Source of the DNA: Sphyrna mokarran
Lineage: Eukaryota
NCBI GenBank assembly: GCA_024679065.1
Contig: JAGIQG010000005.1
Coordinates: 67,518,001-67,582,000, forward strand
Direction of reading: 5' to 3'
Length of the DNA: 64,000 nucleotides
Positions 1 through 13,071 of this stretch are shown here, in pieces. How positions within the stretch are numbered: position 1 is the stretch's first letter; each line of letters begins with the position of its first letter. Under the pieces are notes generated by a model that ran no database searches, had not been told where the DNA came from, and saw nothing but the letters and a program-made list of their open reading frames with translations. Both the position numbers and the translations under genes were made by a program.

Positions 1-530
1 ACTACTTTGGCCACAGCTAGAATACTGCAGACAGCTTTGGATCACTACTATTCAAAGAATGTGGCTGCACTGGAGAGGGTACAGACAAAATTTGCAAGAC
101 TATTGCCAGAAATGGTGAATTTTAGCATGAGGAAAGATTGGATAGGCTGCATTTGTTTTCTCTGGAACATAGGAGGCGCGAGGGGAGATTGAATTGAGGT
201 GTACAAAACTTTAAGGGGTCTCAGTACAGTGGTTTGAAAGAACCGATACTTCTTTTCAGAGGTCAATAACCGGGGGCATGTAATTAAAATAATTGGCAAA
301 AAGAATTAAAGGGAAGTTGGAAGTTTTTTTTATCCAGAAAATGGTAGAAATTTGCAATTCACTTTCTGAAATAATGGTAGAGGCAGAAATCTCACTGGAT
401 ACTTTGGATATGTATTGCAAAATAAGTGCAGTAACCTTCAGGGTTACAACCTATAAGAGCTGGAGAGTGCAGTCAGGCTGGATAGTTTTTTTCTGGCTAG
501 TATGGTCAGATTGGGCTGAATTGTGACATA
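1..530 (+). mobile_element. CR1-type LINE 3' fragment (decayed)
   Basis: KNVAALERVQTKFARLLP, RGD-IEVYK, then a CR1-like 3' UTR. Confidence 0.8.
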
Positions 531-566
531 CGTTCCCTCTGTTATATTTCCGATTTCAGAAAGAAT

Positions 567-680
567 GGCCGGGATTTTCGGGACTCACCGCGTGGGGGAT
601 GCAGTGGGACAGCCAGAGTCCATTGGCTTTTGATAGGACCAGAAGATCCCAGTGATAGGTGGGGCTGAAAAATCCCACTT
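567..680. mobile_element. Short TIR-bounded MITE-like element
   Basis: gggatttt (571-578) / aaaatccc (669-676). Internal ccatt..gatccc core is shared with the copies at 10150 and 35539. Confidence 0.55.
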
Positions 681-734
681 GCATACTAACTCTTAAGACT
701 ACACGTTCTTTGATCATATTGATTTGAATCTTAC

Positions 735-870
735 CTCCGTCTGAACCATATTGATGCGTCTTGACCGTAACGCTTTAACACAGTTATAGATATCAACAAC
801 TCCTTCACGCTCTGCCATGTCTAACATAATATCTATAACGATATAGCATCCAGTCCTTCCAGCCCCAGCA
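735..870 (-). CDS. PTPRK: PTPRK exon, 136 nt, phosphatase D1 P-loop second half to Q-loop: (S)[45 protein letters not shown]
   Basis: Not in the ORF track. Minus strand reads ttttcag|TGCTGGGGCTGGAAGG...CAGACGGAG|gtaaga. Joined to the preceding AG it gives [10 protein letters not shown]. Phase 2 to 0. Confidence 0.97.
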
Positions 871-949
871 CTGAAAATACAAAGGCAGAAATGTGAATTT
901 CATATCTCAACCAAATTGTTGGTTATGCTTATGATAACATTTGACTGAT

Positions 950-1625
950 TCAGTTGTTAGTCAAGAAAGCATCTAACTGCCTTCAAAGTATTCAGTGACC
1001 CTTTCTCCACTGTTCTCTGGGAAAGAGTTCCAAAGACTCTTGACCCTCCAAGAAATTTATCCCATCTTCCTCCTGAATGTGAGATTCTTACTTTTATAAC
1101 GTGTCCTGTAGATCTAGTCTTTCTCAAAAGGACAAACTTCCTTTCAGAGGCCACCCTGTCGAGTCCCATTCGATCTCATATGTTTTGAGAAGGTCACCTC
1201 TCAACCTTCTAAATTCTTGTGTATATAGGCCCAATCTGACCAACTTTTCCTCACAAGATAACACCACTTAAACAAACCTTCTTGGAACAGCTTCTAACAC
1301 AATTACATCCTTTCTTAAATAAGAAGATCATAACTATACATAGTACTCTTGATGTGGACTCATCAACACTCTGTATGACTGCAGCAGAACATCTCTACTT
1401 TTATGTTCCATTTTCATTGACAACATTCCATTTGCCCTCCTGATCACTTGGTGTACGTGCATATTAGCTTTTTGTGATTCATGTACCTGGACATTCAGTT
1501 CCCTCTGCACTTCAGAATTCTTCAATTGCTTTCCATTTAAATAACATACATCTTTCCTTTTCTGCCAAAGTGGACAAGTTCACATTTTTCCACATTATTC
1601 TCCATTTGTCAAAGATTTGCTTACT
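950..1625 (-). mobile_element. CR1-type LINE 3' fragment
   Basis: Minus ORFs ...VIRRANGML...KSRDVLLQSYRVLMSPHQEY and GLDRV...RSTGH are CR1 ORF2 C-terminal motifs. Confidence 0.85.
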
Positions 1626-1989
1626 TAAAGTTTGCAAAGAGACAAAGGTATGTTCTCTTCACAATTTACTTACGTTATTTCTTTGTGTTAAATCTGTCTA
1701 AAATGCTTTAATAATCAAAAATTAGCCAATATTATTTGAATTTGATCCCAAAGAAGCTATTTAACTTCACCAGTGAGAATTTTTCCACTTCCCATTTTAG
1801 CAAAACCTTTTAATATTAGGTTGCATACTAATGAAGTGCCTCAAATGTAAGAATACATATTTCAGAAACTCCTGGAAACAGTCAGGCAACATCAATAGAG
1901 ATGTCAACTTCACAGAAGTAGAGAGTCAGTTTTAAATAATTTAAAAAGTTTAACAATATTATAGAAATATAACAATATGTATAGCTAAC

Positions 1990-2144
1990 CTGCAATGTAC
2001 AATGACTGGTCCTGCTCCTGGGGGATTTGAAATTTTCACACGACGGATAAATGCCAGTAAACCAGTTGCATGATAAGGTACACCATGGTCAGGCCAACCA
2101 GTGAAATGAAACTGTTTAACTTCACGAATTTCATCAAAACCTCT
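1990..2144 (-). CDS. PTPRK: PTPRK exon, 155 nt, D1 WPD loop: [51 protein letters not shown](S)
   Basis: Acceptor ttttcag|AGA, donor TGCAG|gttagc. WPD and VHC motifs. Lies within ORF 1959..2201. Phase 0 to 2. Confidence 0.97.
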
Positions 2145-3890
2145 CTGAAAAACAAAATTCAAAATCGGGGCAATGCAGTGTGTTCCTCGCCAAATTTGCA
2201 CTTTATGTATTTACTTATTTGTATAATCTTCAAAACATGTTGAGGCCTCTTGCCACAGCCATATTCATAATCACTTAGATTCCTCTTAAATTATTTTTGT
2301 AGTAGATAATTCAGAATCTATTAACTCAGCGTTTCACATTACCCTGCATATTCTTTCACTCTGCTCATTTTCACATCCAATGTCACTTCCATTTAGCATT
2401 TTTTTTTCTTTAGGTCATGTGCACTGAATACTTAAATCATTCAATACTCATTTTAATAACTGAATCACTAAATCACTTTCATTTCCTTCAAAAAAGGCAA
2501 TGAAAATCTTATTTCTTCCAATTTTTCAAAGAAATTGCGTTTTCTAAATCTTTTCAAAGTGCAGCCTTCAGCTACTATCTATTACTTGAGATAGATTCAA
2601 CTTTTGTCCTTGGTTGTCTATCCATTTTCCAAGTATCACTGACTCCAATGACCATAAGTAGACTTGTACAATTCTACTGCTGGAACATCCACTAAGATAA
2701 ATTTTATCCTGTGTGTTAAACATACTGATTTCATGCTTTAACAAATCAGTTTTCTAAAATGGACCTTATTGCTTCACTGGTTTTACTTTTACAGTATTTT
2801 GGCTTACCCAGAGAGGCGAGTCGTTAGGTGTTTCATTTCTGGTCAGAAATTCTAGATTATAGAGATAAGGCTGGGGAAAGGGACTAGATAGAATGCTGTT
2901 TCAGACAGCCAGTACAGACTTGATGGGTTGAATGGCCTACTTCTGCTCTTTAAAGACTCTGTGATGCACTTAGATTTTAAAGATGTGAATACGTATGTGT
3001 GGAGAATCTGATATTATGAGGATACTTCGGTACATGCCGATCATTTAAGTTCTCAACACACTCAATTCTAGATTCAAGACTCAATTCTAAATAACAGAAA
3101 GGGAAAGGTATATTTTCTTATCAGCAGTTGTATGTTTGGTGCTACACTGAATCTTCCTCACATGTTGCCCGAATTCCAAATCTGCCGTCTTGCAGATACG
3201 TTTTTCTGTCTATGTACCCTTTGAGGTGGAATCAAGACATTCTTTTCCAGGACTTGAAAACTATGAACCTTTGTCTCTCAGTCTTTCCCTCCTATTGCTT
3301 TCTTTGGGTTTTTAAAACCGAATTGTGACATCAGTTAGCTAATTTATTTCATTATGTTAAACTGTGGCATGCTATAATGTAACAAAAGTTTCTCAGTTAT
3401 TAAATAGAATAATTTGCATAAATGTTGGCAACAAACTTTTTTGCTATTAAGATAGCAATTATTAGCTTATTTCTTTTTTGGACATTAAATAACTTGCTCA
3501 TAATGTATATTTAGCAGCTTTTGATTAAGTAGCACAGAAACATAAAAGCAAATTCGTGTTGAAAATGCAGTGCTGATCACATACACATTGTTGCTAGCTA
3601 TGGTGAGGCTATAGATCAGACATAATATATTGCATGGAAGAAGTATTAGCGTGGAATTTCATTTGCCAGTGTCAGCTGCTTTGTTTATCAATTCAATTTT
3701 CATTCAATGTAAAATTCCAATCAATTTAGCTGCAGATATGTTCTGTTTGTTTAGTTTAGGTAATGAAAGTGTAACATAATTTGAACCAACAGCTTTCCGG
3801 AATTCCAGTTTTCCTAAATACTGTGAAGGAAATATTGAGTAAACGTCAAAGAGAAAAAAAAATGAAGGAAATTAAGATAAATTAGCTTAC

Positions 3891-4007
3891 CCTTTCTAAT
3901 GTAAATGTCCGCACTACATACTCTGCAAGTGGTTCCTCTTCCATGAAAGTAACTTTAAAATCTGCATAAACGTCAGAATCGTCTGGCCAATATTTGTAGC
4001 ATTTTAC
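3891..4007 (-). CDS. PTPRK: PTPRK exon, 117 nt, D1: [39 protein letters not shown]
   Basis: Acceptor cttaag|GTA, donor AGG|gtaagc. KCxxYWP motif. Phase 0 to 0. Confidence 0.96.
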
Positions 4008-4884
4008 CTTAAGTATTAAAATAAAAATGTTCAAATGATTGACAGCTATAATGAAAATTATAGTTCTGAGTTTTGACATGATAACTTATTGCTTTGTGCT
4101 AACTTAGCTGAAAGACCAACAGTCTTTTCCAAGAAATTCCTTTGCATGTTTGAACACTCAGAATGCTTTTCCAACAGATGGAAGTTTTAAATGTTCAAGT
4201 AACATCAGGAAAATCCTTGCATTCTAAACACTCAATTCAAGTTCAGGTGGGTCTATAACCAAGATATCCAAAAAATAGTCACTGAGAACATTCAGGTTTT
4301 GCACTGTACCAGATGTTCCATAGACCGCAAGACTATTTTCTTACATAAAATCTTATTCCTGTTCCCTTTGAGTTTGCGCTACAAGTTTGCATTAACATGA
4401 AGCCAAAACCACTTCACAAAGATGCTAAACAATTACAGTACAAACATATCCCAAAATTATTCTTTTTTTTAAAATAGTGTTCAATACCAATTGAACTATA
4501 TTAGTTCAAAATATATTGTATTACAGAGTGAATTAATCATATGTAATGCAATCTTTCTTTGCAATTGCCTCCATCTAAAGTGAAATCCTGGTTTCCTAGA
4601 AGCCATCCAAATAGACAGTTGTAGAAAGAGACAGGAATTATCTTGTGAAATTTCCAAGGAAAGACAGCACAAGAATAGGACAGAAATGCAGGAGCAAATA
4701 ATGAAATTTGTTTGACTTCATTGTCAAAAGATATTACATAATATAAATCCACACAAACTGTCAATAAAAATCACTTTCAAAGAGGAAGAAAATCAAAGCA
4801 CGGAGAGATCTACGAATGAAATGTCAGTGATCTTTAGATTCTCCATGTCAACAAAATTAAATATATTTTGATTATTCATTAAAA

Positions 4885-5660
4885 CTCCGTGCCCAATAGC
4901 AACAAGACTTGGACAACATTAAGGATTGGATAGATAAGTGGCAAGTTAATATTCACACAAAAGTTTTGATATTACCATCGTTGAATCTCTACCAACAATC
5001 TGGAGATTACCATCGAAATTTAACTGAAGTCACATGAATACTGTGGCTAGAAGAGCAGATCAGAGACTGGAAATTCTACAGTGAGTAACTACTCAATATC
5101 TGATTCCCTAAAGCCTGTCCATTATTTACATGGTACAACTCAGGAGTGTGATGGAATATTGTCCACTTGATAGGATGAGTGCAGCTCTAACAAAACTCAA
5201 TGTGTTTGACACCATCTAGGACAACAGAAACTCCCTTGAATGGCACCCCATCCACCTTTGACAGCATATACTCTTTTCACTTCCAACACACAACAGTGGC
5301 GACGTGTACCACTTTCAAGAAGCACCACAGCAACTCACAGGCTTCCTTCAATAGTATGTTACATGCCATGAGTTCCATCACCGAGAAAGAGGGGGAGATG
5401 GGAAGCATATGGGAACATGACCACCCGCAAGTTCCACTTCATGTCACAAGTCATCTGAACTTGGAAATGCATCACATTCCTTCACTGTCCATTGTAAAAA
5501 TCTTGGAACTCCCTCCCTAATAATATTTATGATGTCTACACCACATAGATTGGAGTGGTTTAAGCGGTGGCTCATCACTTCTTCTCAAAGGAAATTAAGA
5601 ATGGATAATAAACACCAGCTTTACTAGTGATGTCCACACCCCGTAAATAAATTTAAAAAT
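4885..5660 (+). mobile_element. LINE 3' fragment of a second CR1/L2-superfamily family
   Basis: QQDLDNI..W..KWQV-like start and a tail of the form ctcatcacttcttctcaaagg..aataaa..ccacaccccgtaaataaa. The same tail recurs at about 20390-20600(-), 34940-35200(-), 38000-38210(+) and 48610-48740(-). Confidence 0.7.
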
Positions 5661-5713
5661 TGATATTTCTTTGAACGTCAAAGCATTTATATTTTCTATA
5701 AAATCAAACTTAC

Positions 5714-5811
5714 TCTTCCAACTTCCACCAGATTTGTCACCATGACAATACAAACTGATTGCTCTTGCCAAGCCATTCTCCAGAAATCATACACAGTTTC
5801 ATGTACTGGTC
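5714..5811 (-). CDS. PTPRK: PTPRK exon, 98 nt, D1: (G)[32 protein letters not shown]
   Basis: Not in the ORF track. Acceptor ttctag|GA, donor AGA|gtaagt. DFWRM and IVMVT PTP motifs. Phase 1 to 0. Confidence 0.97.
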
Positions 5812-7029
5812 CTAGAAGATGGAGAAACCATAATATATAAATAAGTACAAGAACAAAAATGATTCATACACATTATTATTACATTAACATTCTGCTTCAT
5901 TTTTATTCAAGAATATGAATGGTAATTTCTTGAATCTGCGCTTATGATATAGAGTTTCACCACCTAGAGTGCATGTCAAGAAATTACAGAAGTCTGTCAG
6001 TGCAAGGAATTTCACTTCAGAATTGTGCAGTCAGAAAACTGGCACTATCAGTGACAGAGATTTCAAAGAAGAGCAAATACTGGAAATTATCAGATAAAAC
6101 AGAAATTTCTAGAAATTAACTGCAGATCTACCATATCTATAGATCATGATAGATGATCGAATACCACCAATATTAAAGGAGACCAACCGACAGAAAGCAA
6201 TGGTCATGTTTGGATTTGGATTAAAAAAAAAAATCAATTAATGGGATCAGTGGGTCCCAAACTGCTTTTGGGAACACAGTAATGATGAATCGTGGTTCGT
6301 ATACAAAAAAAAATAATCAGATTCCTGATTTATAATTCTACCTCTTACTTCTGCCCCTGCCGCACAACTCTCTCATTATTCCCCTCCCTCTGCAAAACTT
6401 AAGGTACTCAGTTTCCTTCCATTTCTGATATCTGAAACAACCACCTTTTATTGTTCCGAAGCTGCTTAACTTGATCTGACTAATGTTTTCTGTGCTTGTT
6501 TAAACAAATATTCTTTCTCTATCCATTGACATGAAATGTAGAACCTTGAGAATCAATATTTAACATACTTGTATCAATAACTAGAAAATTAATTTAAGTG
6601 CATATACTTTAATGTTATGCCAATGCATCTCCTAACATTATAATCAACTTAATATATCAAAATGCTGAAGAAGCTCTGATAAAGGAACATCCTGATTTAA
6701 AATATTGGTTTTATTCTCTGTCCACAAATGCTATCAGACCTGAGAGATTTTCCAGAATTTTTTGTTTTTGATTCAGATTCCAGCATCCGCAGTATTATGC
6801 TTTTAAGCTAAAATTCGACTTTGAAATTAAAATTTGGAATTGATAAAGCAAACAAAGCAAAAGTTTCAGGAACACGAAAAGCTATAGCAAGAGCATATTA
6901 TCAAAATTAAGAATGTCAGACCTGAAAATATTGCTGTTGCATCAAATCTACAAAGTACTGACATGACAATAGGAAATTGTTAAGGGGTGATATTCCTTTT
7001 TTAATGTTGCTATGTAAATAGAAACTTGT

Positions 7030-8262
7030 TTTTTGTTCTTGTGTTATGCAGATTCCCAGTGCAGATTACATCCATCCTTCATGTGTCCCTAATGACATGC
7101 AACCATGATCTGACAAAAACATTCATGACAGACCCCATTCGTGTTTGGGTTAGAGTCAAGCAAGGCTGTTGCACAAGATTCTTTTCGATCTTCCTTGTTG
7201 AAATACTCCATCTCACCCTCAGCAAGCATCTCACTGAAATGGAGCTAAACGAAAGAACAAAGGGGAATCTGTTCAACTCTGCCACTGCAAGTCAGATCCA
7301 AGGTCACGCCATCCTCTATCATTGAACTACAGTACACAGATAATGTTTGCATCGATGCACACTCACAGATAGAACTCCAAGCCATCGAAGACCATTTCAC
7401 TGTATTGGACAAGAACATGAATCTTACGTTAAACAGTATGGACCAAGATCCTCTACCAACTTGCCGCCACCTCACAGCACTGCTTCCCAGTTAGCAAAAT
7501 CCACGACGATGCCTTGGACAATTTTTATACTTCAGGAGACAACTACCAACAAGGCCAGACATGAACAACAAGGTTCAACATTGCCTTCAGTGGGCCAGTG
7601 CAGCTTTTGGTAAGAGTGTGTTTGAAGACCAGAACCGCAGACCCAGCACCGAGCTCATGGTCTACAGAGCAGTAGTGATACCTATCTTCATATATGACTC
7701 AGCAGCATAGACTATGTACAGTAGGCACCTCAAAACCCAGCAAAGTAAAACCAATGCTGCATTTGCAAAACCATTAGCTGGATAGATGCAGCAAAGTCAG
7801 TGCTCTCACTCAGGCCACCATCTCCGGTATCTAACATCGATTACATTCGAATAGTTGTACTGAGTGGGTCACATTGTCCTCATGCCTGTCATGAGGCTCC
7901 CAAAGTAAATGTTCTGACTAGAACTTTGACATAATAAGTGAGTCTCAGGAGGTCAGAGGATATGCTTCAGGGACATCCTCAAAATCTCCTTGAAAAATGC
8001 AATATCTCCTCTGACATTTGGGAATCCCTGGCCTGGAACCATTTGAAGTGAAGGGAAAGCATCTGAGATGGAGTTGAATGCTTCAAGTTCCATCACTGAG
8101 AGCAAACTAAAGCCAAGCATCAACAGTGAAAGCAGCATGTTTCAATCCCGGCACCCTATCCACCATCTTCACCATTTTGAGAGAGACACTAGATCACCTG
8201 TGAACTCATTTTTAAGGTTGAAGTAAGTCATTGTCAACACTGAGGGATTGTCCAAAAAGATG
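7030..8262 (+). mobile_element. RTE-clade LINE, RT and 3' end (decayed)
   Basis: VRVKQGC..FFSIF, GNLFN, ELQYTD (ELQYADD-like), AV VIPIFIYDS (LLYG-like), and an RTE-type 3' end (gtcattgtcaacactgagggattg). Confidence 0.8.
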
Positions 8263-8439
8263 TAAATGCAAATAAACTGATCCTGTATTGTGCAGGAAAT
8301 AAAAATGCCAAAGACTATGTCATCATATATGTATTTGTACTTTATCCAGAGCTTGATTCCTCCTGTTCAGTTTATTTTTAGAACTTCTAGGAAAAGATGA
8401 TTTCCTGCAGTTACCACAGTATAACTTGGACAAACATAC

Positions 8440-9725
8440 AGACATACATACAAATTAGGAATGGGGATTGGCTATTCTGCCCCTTGAACCTGCTCTGCTA
8501 TTTGACAAGATCATGGCTCATCTGATCATAGTCTCAACTTAACTTTCTCCTCTATCAGCTGTAAAAATATTCCATAACCTTTCCTCCATTGCTTTCTTGG
8601 GAAAGGAATCCACAAACCAATCTCCCTTGGAGAGAAAAAAAAAGACATCATCTCCAACTTAAATGGGGGACCTCTCATTTATAAATTGTATACCTTCTCG
8701 TGTCCTCTGTTTTCTGCACAAGGGGAAACATTCTCTCAACAGCCACATGGTCAAGTCTCATCAGGAGCTTATATGTTTCAAGAAGATCACGTCACATCCT
8801 TCTAAACGCCAATGGAAACAGGACCATCCTGCTCAAACTTTCGTCAAAAGATAATCCCTTCATTCAAGGAATCAGTCAAGTAAACCTTCACTGGTATTGT
8901 TTTAGCTTTTAGTTTTAATAGTTTCTAGTACCCTTTCTCTGGCAATTGCAATTATTTTATGTTCCTTGGTGCCTGGGATGTTATACGAGTCTTCTATACT
9001 GCACTGACACAAAATAGCTGTTTAACGCTTCTGCCATTTCCTCATTTCCCATTAGTAATTTTCCAGACTCACTCTAGAGAATGAATGCTCACTCAAGTTG
9101 TTCTCTTTCTTTTTATATACATTTAGAAACTCCTACCATGTGTTTTCATATTTTCTCATACACTCATTTTTCCCTCCGTCACCTTTACTTTTTCTCAAAA
9201 TTCTTTTGAACCTTTTGATCTACTGATAATCTTTGCAGAACTGTATGTTTTTTCTTTCGATTTGACACCATTATTAACTTCATTCATTAGGCACAGATGG
9301 TGTATTTGTTTCCTTGAGATTTTCCTCCTCACTGGAATATTACGGAACATCTCCTTAAGTGTTTGCCACTGCATTTCTACTGACCTATTTTTCAAGTTCA
9401 CCTTAGCCAGCTGTGTCTTCATAGCCTTGCAATTTTATTTATTTAAATTTTAAACACTACTCTTAGATGCACTCTTCCCTTCCCCTCATTGAATGCAAAA
9501 TGTTATGATTGATGTTGCCTTTGAGATAATTAATCAATACTGCCTCATTGCACATTACCATATCTAGAATATCTGCTTTTTGGTTGGCTATAGTACATGC
9601 TGCTATAAGAAATTGTCCTAGAACTAACAGCTAATTTTCCAAACTAACATTGCCAACCTGATTAATCCAATTTATACTTAGATTAAAATCACAGTGCCTT
9701 TCTGGGGAGCCTCCTGATTTCTTCC
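8440..9725 (-). mobile_element. CR1-type LINE fragments (3' end at 8440-8900, upstream ORF2 remnants to about 9725)
   Basis: Reverse-complement CR1 tail (acatacaaattagga..gaacctgctctgc). Minus ORF LAKVN..SVEMQWQTLKE..IPVRRK is the CR1 EN-RT tether. Confidence 0.75.
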
Positions 9726-9825
9726 TGCAACATTGGGTCACAGAAACTGCTTTAAATATATTGTGAGATCTCACATAACGTAACTAATATCTCAAAGGTA
9801 AATTAATTTAATGCAAGATTCTTAC

Positions 9826-9862
9826 CTTGTGTCGCTATATAATGACTCGGTCTGTGATACCC
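9826..9862 (-). CDS. PTPRK: PTPRK exon, 37 nt, D1: GYHRPSHYIATQ(G)
   Basis: Acceptor tttgtag|GGG, donor CAAG|gtaaga. YIATQG motif. Phase 0 to 1. Confidence 0.96.
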
Positions 9863-10149
9863 CTACAAATGAGAAAAGGTTCATAAACTTACATGATCTG
9901 AGAAGAGGATTGGTCTGCTTTCCACCAATCCAATTTGGAGGTATGTACAATGTGAAAGTCATCCATTTAAATGTGAATATGTGCTGACAGTAAGTTTACA
10001 TCCCTACATAAAGCACCAATATGTTAAAGGTCAGTCAGCTGAATTGAATTGCAACAATTTCCACCAGGTGGAATAAAGACCAAAGCCACTTAAGAACGAG
10101 GATTTGAACCATTTACCCAAATTAAACATGAAGAAATTTGCAAAGCAAA

Positions 10150-10285
10150 CGTTGAAATTCTCTGGCCAATTATACCACGCCATCGCTGCAAGCTGGAACA
10201 GAAAATCTGATGCTCAGCCAAATCTCCATTCACTGCACTAGGTCCAAAGAATCCCGCCGGCATGAACAGCCAGAGAATTCTGGTC
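10150..10285. mobile_element. Short TIR-bounded MITE-like element
   Basis: Perfect 11-bp inverted repeat aattctctggc (10156-10166) / gccagagaatt (10269-10279). CpG-richer than its flanks. Confidence 0.6.
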
Positions 10286-11242
10286 AAGTTATTTTGATCA
10301 AAGAATTGATTACAATGATCGTACTGCAAGATGATAGACAAGACCACGCATTGTCTTGCTTGACTTTCCAAAATATGACAGGTGAACAGCATTTCAGTGA
10401 CCTTACATAGTATGGTACTTATGAATATCTTTCTCATAATACACACAAACTTATAACAGAAACAGAAATTATAGATTAAATGACTGTATATTGAAATAGT
10501 GTATACGATATGACTTACCAGAAGTAACTCTTTTATTTCATTAAAAAAACAATGATTAAAACATACAAACAAATCTGGTGAAGGAAATGTCATCTAACAA
10601 AGCACAATAATAATGTGAATAAATAAAAGTATAAAAGGATGCTTGCAAATAATACAGCTACAGTGAAAATTAATAGTGCATTTATACTGCCATTATAACA
10701 ATGCCATGATGCAGTTTCAGTTTTGCAGCAAAATTAAAGCTGTAATATCAATTTAGAATCAGGCAGAAGAAGCACTGAGAGATTACTGAAAGGGTGGGCT
10801 TTAATCCGAATTTTAAAAGTTCTCAGACATTTTTGAAACATATCTGGCTTCAGGTTTAAATGGTTAGAGTGCATGTGCTTGCATCTAGACTCCTTAAGTG
10901 TTTTCAATTTTAATCCTTTTATGTATTCCAACTAGGGAATCCATATTCCAGCCATGAGACTCAGACTATAACTGGCTTTCATTTGAGACAGTGTGGAAGA
11001 GACAAAGGGAGGGAGGGAGAGAGAAACTTTAAAAAAATCTTTTTTGAAACCATCTAAAAATGAAATTTAAATACAGCATAGATGTGAGATTCAGTGTATT
11101 GTCTGCCATTGATATGGCTTAACAAAAACAAATTTCAAATGTGTTTTGTTTTAAAAAGGATGAGGTATAATAATCTAGCCAACCTGATTGAAGTATCTTG
11201 CTTGTTTCAGTACTTCAGATACATATTTAAAGTACTGAAATT

Positions 11243-12580
11243 ACGGGAATTATATACCGGTGATCCTTACTTCTGTTGTGGGGAAAGTTTTGGAAAGAAT
11301 TATAAAGGATAGGATTTATAGTCATCTAGAGAGAAATGAATTGATTAGGGAAAGTCAACATGGTTTTTTGAAGGGTAGGTCATGCCTCACAAATACTATT
11401 GAGTTTTTTGCAAAGTGACCAAAGAGGTGGTTAAAGATAAGGCAGTTGACGTGGTGTATATGGATTTTAGCAAAGCGTTTGATAAGGTTCCCCATGGAAG
11501 GCTACTGTAGAAAGTGCAGATGCATGGGATTGAGGGTGATTTAGCAATTTGATTAGGAATTGGCTAGCTGATAGAAGATAGAGGGTGGCGGTTGATGGGA
11601 TATAATCAACCTAGAGTTCAGTTACAAATGGTGTATCTGAAGGATCTGTTTTGGGGCCACTGCTGTTTGTTGTTTTTATAAATAACCTGGATGAGGGTGT
11701 AGAGGGATGGGTTAATAAATTTGCTGACAACACCAAAGTCAGAGGAGTTGTAGATAGTGAGGATGGATGTTACAGTTTGCAGAGGGACATAGATAAGCTG
11801 CAGAGCTGGGCCGAGAGGTGGCAAATGGAGTTTAATGAGGAAAAGTGTGAGGTGATTTACTTCGGTAAGAGTAATATGTGTGCAGAAAATAGGGTTAATG
11901 GTAGGACTCTTAATAGTGTACATGAGCAGAGAGATCTCGGTGTACACATGCATAGATCCCTGAAAGGTGGCACTCAAGTTGATAATGTTATTAAGAAGGT
12001 GTACAATGTGTTGGCTTTTATTGGTAGAGGGATTGAATTTTGGAGCTGAGATGTCATGTTGCAACCGTACAAAACTCTGGTGCACCCACACTTGGAGTAT
12101 TGTGTACAGTTTTGGTTGCCACATTATAAGAAAGATGTAGAGGCATTGGAAAGGGTGCAGAGGTGGTTTACCAGGATGTTGCCTGGTATGGTGGGTAGGT
12201 CTTATGAGGAAAGGCTATGGGACTTGAAGTTATTTTCATTAGAGAGAAGAAGGCTAAGAGGTGACCTAATTGAGGCATATAAGATGATCAGACGGTTAGA
12301 TAGGGTGGATAGTGAGAGCCCTTTTCCTCGGATGGAGATGGCTAACACGAGGAGACATAGCTTTAAATTAAAGGGTGGTAGTTATAGGATGGATGTCAGA
12401 GCGTACTAAGGGCATGGAATACCCTGCCTGCAGCAGTTGTGGACTCGCCAAGTTTAAGGGCGTTCAGATGGTCAGTGGATAGGCATATGAATAACATTGG
12501 AATAGATTAGGTTAGAGGGTGATAAGATTGGTTGGCGCAACATCAAGGGCCTGTACTGCGCTGTAATGTTCTATGTTCTA
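11243..12580 (+). mobile_element. CR1-type (HER1-like) LINE, 5'-truncated, best-preserved copy in the window
   Basis: SQHGF, VYMDFSKAFDKVPH, GSVLGPLLF, KFADNTK, HLEYCVQFWLPH, LERRRLRGDLIE. Ends in ttctatgttcta. Stops and frameshifts split it into ORFs 11651 and 12056. Confidence 0.95.
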
Positions 12581-13071
12581 TATTTATTGACAGTGCTACA
12601 GTGGATGTCATGATGACTCATGGCTTACAGTGGTTCTGTTGGAAATGTTCTATGCAGGAAGCATTTAAATAAAGTGTTATACATATGCAGGCATAAAATG
12701 TAGCCATATTGAAAAATCTGAGCTTAATTAACGTTTTGAGTTTCATGAAAATCTACTTAAATGAAAAATATTGTTTGAAAGGAAATTTTCACATTCAATT
12801 ATTGATATTTAAACAAAAGAGGTACATTGAAAGCTGAAAACATGGTGTGAACAGTGGACAATTTTTATCCTCTATTAATGCACAGAAGCAGAATTAGAAG
12901 CAAGCATTTGAAATTTTGCTCAGCTGAAATTCAATATTAACATTTTCTAAAAACTTGGACTTAAATCTTGGAATCCTATTGTTGCAACAAATCTTGGTGA
13001 AAAGGTTAGTAATTTACATGATAAATTCTGTGTGGCTATTTTTGTTAACAAGTTATTCATGTTCGTGATGA

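Noticed and set aside
4002-4010. AAG|GTAAAA at the start of the 117-nt exon, resembling a recursive splice site
   Set aside because: GTA is the Val codon of the conserved VKC motif and the intron is only about 1.7 kb, so it is best read as coincidence.
10090-10593. 167-aa minus-strand ORF in the PTPRK intron
   Set aside because: No recognisable domain. The 5' half is AT-rich low-complexity sequence and the 3' half runs through the MITE-like element.
11205-11240. 11-bp inverted repeat tttcagtactt / aagtactgaaa at the CR1 5' junction
   Set aside because: Short and AT-rich; plausible by chance or as an insertion by-product, with nothing else supporting a function.
11618-12124. 168-aa minus-strand ORF
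   Set aside because: Antisense shadow of the CR1 reverse transcriptase frame.
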